Assembly: GCF_035257265.1 (NCBI RefSeq)
Contig: NZ_DATEXC010000058.1
Span: 53,763-117,762, forward strand
Source of the DNA: Glutamicibacter sp.
Lineage (GTDB): Bacteria > Actinomycetota > Actinomycetes > Actinomycetales > Micrococcaceae
DNA: 64,000 nucleotides
Reading direction: 5' to 3'
The first letter of the stretch is position 1; the number at the start of each line of letters is the position of its first letter. Positions 59,636 to 64,000 of the stretch are shown piece after piece. The position numbers and the translations under genes are program-made. The notes under the pieces were generated by a model, which was not told the DNA's origin, did no database searches, and saw nothing but the letters and a program-made list of their open reading frames with translations.

Positions 59636-61555
59636 TTAGTAGTCGCGACGTCCGCCGCTACGGTTTCCGCCGCCGAAGCGCTTTTCGCCACCGCCGCGTC
59701 CGCCACCGAAGCCGCCGCGTCCACCGCCGCCGCCGAAGCCGCCACGTCCACCGCCGCGTCCGCCACCGAAGCCACCGGAACGCTTACGGTCGCCGTAGCC
59801 ACCGCGGTCCGAATCTTCTGCTGGACTGCGACCGTTGTCTAGCTCCAGGTTGATGGCTTCGCCACCAATGCGGGTGTTAGACAGTGCACGCCACTGGTCC
59901 TTGGTCAGCTCTGCTGGCAACTCAACCAGGGTGTGATCCGAACGGATATCAATGCCACCGATTTCGGAGGAGTTGAAGCCGCCTTCGTTGGCAAGTGCGC
60001 CAACGATGGAGCCCGGCTGAACGCGGTTCTGACGACCCACGGCCAAACGGTACATTGCGTTGCCCTCGGCTGCAGTCTTACGACCACGTGGTGCACGCTC
60101 GCCACGTCCACCTTCACGCTCGCCACGTCCGCCTTCGCGGTCCATGCGAGCCTTCTTCGAAGGTGGGATCACTGGCTCGGTCATCAGCAATGGGCGACCA
60201 CCCTGAGCCATCAGTGCCAATGCAGCAGCGATTTCAAGCTGATCTAGGTCTTCGTGCTCTGCAGCAAAACGCTCCACGATTTCACGGAAGGTGCTCAGGT
60301 CCTGACCACTGATCGTCTGGTCGATGCGATCGGTGAAACGCTGGATACGACGGTCATTGACCGTGTCCAGGGAAGGAAGCTGCATCTGAGTCACTGGCTG
60401 GCGGGTAGCCTTTTCAATCGCACGCAGTAGGTACTTCTCGCGTGGGGTCATGAAGAGGATCGCGTCGCCGGTGCGGCCTGCACGGCCGGTACGGCCAATG
60501 CGGTGCACGTAGGACTCGGTGTCGTGTGGGATGTCGTAGTTGATGACGTGGGAAATGCGTTCCACGTCAAGGCCACGAGCAGCCACGTCGGTTGCGACCA
60601 AGATATCGATCTTGCCCGAACGCAGGTTCTCGACGGTGCGCTCACGCTGCTGCTGTGGGATGTCACCGTTGATGGCTGCGGCGGTGAAGCCCCGGGCCTT
60701 CAGCTTGTCGGCAAGATCTTCGGTAGCCATCTTGGTGCGAACGAAGGCGATAACGCCTTCAAAAGGCTCGGATTCCAGGATACGAGTCATGGCATCGAGC
60801 TTGTGAGCTCCCATAACCTGCAGGTAACGCTGGGTGATGTTGGTGCCGGTCGAGGTGTTCGACTTGACCGAAACTTCCTGTGGGTTACGCAGGTATTCGG
60901 CAGCGATGCGACGAATGGTACGCGGCATGGTTGCGGAGAACAGTGCAACCTGCTTGTCCTTTGGAGTCGACTCCAAGATCTTGTCGACCTCTTCGGCGAA
61001 GCCCATGCGAAGCATTTCGTCAGCCTCATCCAGTACTACGTACTGAAGGTTGGACAGGTCCAGGGAACCCTTGTTGATGTGGTCGATGACGCGGCCTGGG
61101 GTACCGACAACAACCTGTGCGCCGCGGCGCAGTCCGTTGAGCTGTGGGCCGTATGGCGAGCCACCGTATACCGGAAGGACGGTGAAGTCGCTCAGGTACT
61201 TGGCGTAAGAAGTGAAAGCCTCAGCAACCTGAAGAGCCAGCTCGCGGGTTGGAGCTAGAACCAGGATCTGTGGGGTGCGAGCTGGACCGTTAAGGTCTGC
61301 AAGCTCAGCCATGCGGGACAGTGCCGGCAGCGCGAAAGCTGCGGTCTTACCGGTACCGGTCTGTGCCAGACCAACTACGTCACGGCCTTCAAGAAGCAGT
61401 GGGATGGTGGCTGCCTGGATTGGCGATGGCTTCTCGTAGCCTAGGTCGGCTAGTGCTGCAAGCACTCGGGCGTCAAGACCAAGTTCGCTGAAAAGCACGG
61501 TCGGCTCTTCGTTGGTCTTTTCGTCATTGGTGTTTACGGGCATGTCTGATGACAC
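59636..61555 (-). CDS. DEAD-box ATP-dependent RNA helicase with a DbpA-like domain and an RGG/FGG C-terminal tail
   Basis: 639 aa (AQTGTGKTAAF, VLDEADEML, SAT, HRIGRTGRAG). The C-terminal ~50 aa are Gly/Arg/Phe repeats. Confidence 0.95.
   Translation of the reverse strand: MSSDMPVNTNDEKTNEEPTVLFSELGLDARVLAALADLGYEKPSPIQAATIPLLLEGRDVVGLAQTGTGKTAAFALPALSRMAELADLNGPARTPQILVLAPTRELALQVAEAFTSYAKYLSDFTVLPVYGGSPYGPQLNGLRRGAQVVVGTPGRVIDHINKGSLDLSNLQYVVLDEADEMLRMGFAEEVDKILESTPKDKQVALFSATMPRTIRRIAAEYLRNPQEVSVKSNTSTGTNITQRYLQVMGAHKLDAMTRILESEPFEGVIAFVRTKMATEDLADKLKARGFTAAAINGDIPQQQRERTVENLRSGKIDILVATDVAARGLDVERISHVINYDIPHDTESYVHRIGRTGRAGRTGDAILFMTPREKYLLRAIEKATRQPVTQMQLPSLDTVNDRRIQRFTDRIDQTISGQDLSTFREIVERFAAEHEDLDQLEIAAALALMAQGGRPLLMTEPVIPPSKKARMDREGGRGEREGGRGERAPRGRKTAAEGNAMYRLAVGRQNRVQPGSIVGALANEGGFNSSEIGGIDIRSDHTLVELPAELTKDQWRALSNTRIGGEAINLELDNGRSPAEDSDRGGYGDRKRSGGFGGGRGGGRGGFGGGGGRGGFGGGRGGGEKRFGGGNRSGGRRDY
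59650..59790 (-). repeat. Low-complexity GGN/CGN/TTC codon repeats encoding the RGG tail
   Basis: Reiterated CCGCCACCGAAGCCGCC(G/A)CGTCCACCGCCGC units are visible on the plus strand. Confidence 0.8.
60095..60136 (-). repeat. Tandem 21-bp duplication (20/21 identical) encoding REGGRGE-REGGRGE
   Basis: ACGCTCGCCACGTCCACCTTC followed by ACGCTCGCCACGTCCGCCTTC. Confidence 0.85.
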
Positions 61556-61876
61556 GAAGAATTACCTCATTCGTTTGGGGAAGGCCTACCCGTCCCCAAT
61601 TTAAGAACGACGCATAGGCTACACAGTAAGAAAACTACTCACGCTCATCAAGCGCTCCCCTATGACATAAAAACCGCGCACACACTTGGCGGAAGAAATA
61701 CAACACGAGAAGGCTCTTGCCTCAAAAATTGGGCTAGATGCAAGGAAACCCTGATGTTCGCGAACACCTAATACTATCGACAAGTAGGCTCATTTGTCAG
61801 CGTGAGAGCTGTGTGAGTTCGGGCACCGCTTGCAAAGTGGGCCGTAACACTTGGTCTTGACGCTAGGCTGGGAGAC

Positions 61877-62287
61877 GTGAAAAAGCCCGTAACTCCCCCG
61901 CCAAATGCCCTGCCAGCACCCGGTGCCTTGCGCATCTCGCGGTTCCTCTGGATCTTGGCCGGAGTGCTCTTTTTAGGCTTCGCCGCGAATTTAGCCTTCG
62001 ATGTCTTCGATGTTCACCCGCTGGACCCTGGTCCGCTGGCGCTGGTAGTGCTCTTGGCCGTGGCCGGAATAGCGATCTGTTTCTTAGCTGTACGGTTGTG
62101 GAAGGGTGAACGCTCCGCACGCGCGCAGCTGACCTGGATTGGCCTCATTGCGGCCCTGCCCACCTTGCTGCGCATGGGCCGTTACTCAATCCTCGCAGCC
62201 GTGGTGCTTCTCGCGGTATTGCTGATGTGGACCCCGGCAAGCATTAAATACTTCAAGCTCACCTCACCGAAAACCAGTAAAAAATAA
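61877..62287 (+). CDS. Four-TM membrane protein, unknown function
   Basis: 136 aa with a GTG start and GGGAG upstream. Confidence 0.65.
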   Translation: MKKPVTPPPNALPAPGALRISRFLWILAGVLFLGFAANLAFDVFDVHPLDPGPLALVVLLAVAGIAICFLAVRLWKGERSARAQLTWIGLIAALPTLLRMGRYSILAAVVLLAVLLMWTPASIKYFKLTSPKTSKK

Positions 62288-62301
62288 CACCGGCGTTAAA
62301 C

Positions 62302-62346
62302 ACTGCGGGGATCATGAACCAGTTGGTTCACGATCCCCGCAGTTTT
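62302..62346. terminator. Bidirectional terminator between the convergent membrane-protein and cystathionine-lyase genes
   Basis: 19-bp stem ACTGCGGGGATCATGAACC / GGTTCACGATCCCCGCAGT with one mismatch, followed by TTTT. Confidence 0.8.
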
Positions 62347-62353
62347 CTAAGGC

Positions 62354-63535
62354 CTACAACGCGCCGAAGGCACGATCCAGGTCATCGATCAGATCCGCAG
62401 CATCTTCGATGCCAACCGACAAACGAAGCAGGTTGACCGGAACTGCCAGCTCGGTGCCCTTGACCGAGGCGTGGGTCATCTCCGATGGGTAATTCATCAG
62501 CGATTCAATGCCGCCCAGGGATTCTGCCAGGGTGAACAGCTTGGTGCTTTCGGCGATCTTACGCGCGGCAGCCTCGCCACCGGAGAACTGCACGGAGACC
62601 ATGCCGCCGAAGCCGCTCATCTGCTTCTTGGCAATGTCGTGGCCCGGGTGATCTTCGAAGCCCGGGTAGAGCACGCGCTCTACTTCCTTGCGTTCGCGCA
62701 GCCAGTGGGCCACCTTGTCAGCGTTTTCGTTGTGTGCGCGCATGCGAACACCGAGCGTCTTCAGACCACGAGTGGTCAAAAAGGCATCCATCGGGCCGGA
62801 GACGGCACCTACGGCAAACTGGATGAACCCGATCTTCTCGGCCAGCTCATCATCCTTCACGATGACCGCTCCACCAACAACGTCCGAGTGCCCACCAATG
62901 TACTTGGTCGTGGAGTGCACCACGATATCTGCGCCCAGGGTCAGCGGCTGCTGCAGGAACGGGCTGGCGAAGGTGTTGTCCACGACCAGCAACGCGCCGG
63001 CAGCGTGAGCGATCTGTGCGACCTTCGCAATATCGGTGATGGTCATCATTGGGTTAGATGGAGTCTCAACCCAAACCAGCTTGGCCTTGTTCTTTTCAAT
63101 GGCGGCGGTTAATGCCTGCTCATTGGACATGTCCACCGGAGTGTTGCCAATGCCCCACGCACCAAGGACGCGGTCAATGAGTCGGAAGGATCCCCCGTAG
63201 GCGTCGTTGCCCAGGACGATGTGATCGCCTGGGCGCAGGATTGCACGGATCAGTGAATCTTCGGCGGCCAGACCGGAGCTGAAGGAAAAAGCGTGCTTGC
63301 CCAATTCGGCACCGGCGAGCTGTGCCTGCAGCGAGTCACGGGTCGGGTTAGTTCCGCGGCCGTATTCGTAGCCGTTGCGCAGCTTGCCAATGGCTTCCTG
63401 TGCATAAGTGGTGGAGAAATGTACTGGTGGGACGACGGCGCCGGTGTGCGGTTCAAATTCCTGTCCGGCGTGTACGAAACGAGTGTTTGATCCCTGAATG
63501 TTTTCGGTCATGACGTTCCTGTCCTGTTGAGTCAA
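62354..63535 (-). CDS. Cys/Met-metabolism PLP enzyme (cystathionine gamma-lyase/gamma-synthase)
   Basis: 393 aa (HSTTKYIGGHSDVVGG PLP-Lys motif). It lies directly downstream of a cystathionine beta-synthase gene, which suggests reverse transsulfuration. Confidence 0.9.
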   Translation of the reverse strand: MTQQDRNVMTENIQGSNTRFVHAGQEFEPHTGAVVPPVHFSTTYAQEAIGKLRNGYEYGRGTNPTRDSLQAQLAGAELGKHAFSFSSGLAAEDSLIRAILRPGDHIVLGNDAYGGSFRLIDRVLGAWGIGNTPVDMSNEQALTAAIEKNKAKLVWVETPSNPMMTITDIAKVAQIAHAAGALLVVDNTFASPFLQQPLTLGADIVVHSTTKYIGGHSDVVGGAVIVKDDELAEKIGFIQFAVGAVSGPMDAFLTTRGLKTLGVRMRAHNENADKVAHWLRERKEVERVLYPGFEDHPGHDIAKKQMSGFGGMVSVQFSGGEAAARKIAESTKLFTLAESLGGIESLMNYPSEMTHASVKGTELAVPVNLLRLSVGIEDAADLIDDLDRAFGAL

Positions 63536-63538
63536 TGT

Positions 63539-64000
63539 TTAGCGGGTTACGTAGGCCAGCAGGTCCGACGCGGTCAGCGCGGCCTGAATTTCGCCACCGT
63601 CGGTCAACAAGACCCCCGGGTGCGTGGCAAGTAGTTCTTGGGCTCGTTCCAGGCTTTCGCCAACGCCCAGTAGTGGGATGGGAAGCTGTTCGAGCTCAGC
63701 TAAGGTGCTGGCAGCTTCGGCGCCGGCCAACAACGCGTCGGTGAGTGTGGCTGCACCGATCACCGCGCGGATCTCTCCGATACGTGCCGGTAACTGCGCG
63801 GTGCCAACTACTAGTGCTTCGGCTCCGGACTCGCGCAGCAGCTTCGCGGCTTCGGCCAGAGTGGTTTCTGCGCTGACCGTAGGCTGCGGATCAGTGGCCA
63901 ACGCACGAGCAATCTGTGCCAGCTGCGTATTTTCTTCTCCGGTGAAGCCTTGGGCAAGCATCCATGAGTCATTAAAGATCTTTGCCAGATAGCCGCGTCC
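63539..64000 (-). CDS. Cystathionine beta-synthase, C-terminal part (runs off the window)
   Basis: The reading frame stays open to the window edge. My translation of 64000..63962 gives GRGYLAKIFNDSW, continuous with MLAQGF..., followed by a tandem CBS-domain region. Confidence 0.8.
   Translation of the reverse strand, partial: GRGYLAKIFNDSWMLAQGFTGEENTQLAQIARALATDPQPTVSAETTLAEAAKLLRESGAEALVVGTAQLPARIGEIRAVIGAATLTDALLAGAEAASTLAELEQLPIPLLGVGESLERAQELLATHPGVLLTDGGEIQAALTASDLLAYVTR

Noticed and set aside
59639-59800. CRISPR-like or satellite repeat array
   Set aside because: The repeats are in-frame Gly/Arg codon reiterations within the helicase gene. No spacer-repeat architecture occurs anywhere in the window.

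Overview
High-GC actinobacterial chromosome segment. mshD (mycothiol synthase), a GlnR-like regulator, HadAB-like dehydratases and an acid-tailed NusG point to Actinomycetota; a Micrococcales-type organism is my inference only. About two thirds of the window is the conserved transcription/translation supercluster, all on the minus strand: tRNA-Trp-secE-nusG-rplK-rplA, rplJ-rplL, rpoB-rpoC, rpsL-rpsG-fusA-tuf, and the complete S10 operon rpsJ..rpsQ. The right third is mostly core metabolism: an aminotransferase, a PspC/LiaFSR-like envelope-stress module, pfkA, ygfZ, a nitrobindin-like FABP, glnR-like/mshD, ppk with a Nudix gene, thyA-folA, asd, murB, hadAB-like genes, a small alarmone synthetase, a DEAD-box helicase and cbs-cgl. 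Accessory or unexplained material sits at the junctions between conserved operons. (1) A low-GC zeta-toxin/HTH bicistron plus AraC/VOC/EEP genes lies where the spc operon would normally follow rpsQ. (2) A 1232-aa, roughly 35-TM membrane protein lies between tuf and rpsJ. (3) ybaK-like and acyltransferase genes plus about 0.9 kb of AT-richer non-coding DNA lie between rplL and rpoB. (4) Two identical tRNA-Thr(GGT) genes form a perfect inverted duplication, next to a low-GC DUF222/HNH (REP13E12-like) gene flanked by copies of the same 9-nt palindrome arm. I see no CRISPR array, integrase, transposase, rRNA or prophage. I cannot point to a convincing multi-gene novel system. The best candidates for something undescribed are the non-canonical zeta-toxin pair, the giant membrane protein and the tRNA-Thr/HNH locus. 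All functional calls rest on motif recognition by eye; no searches were run.
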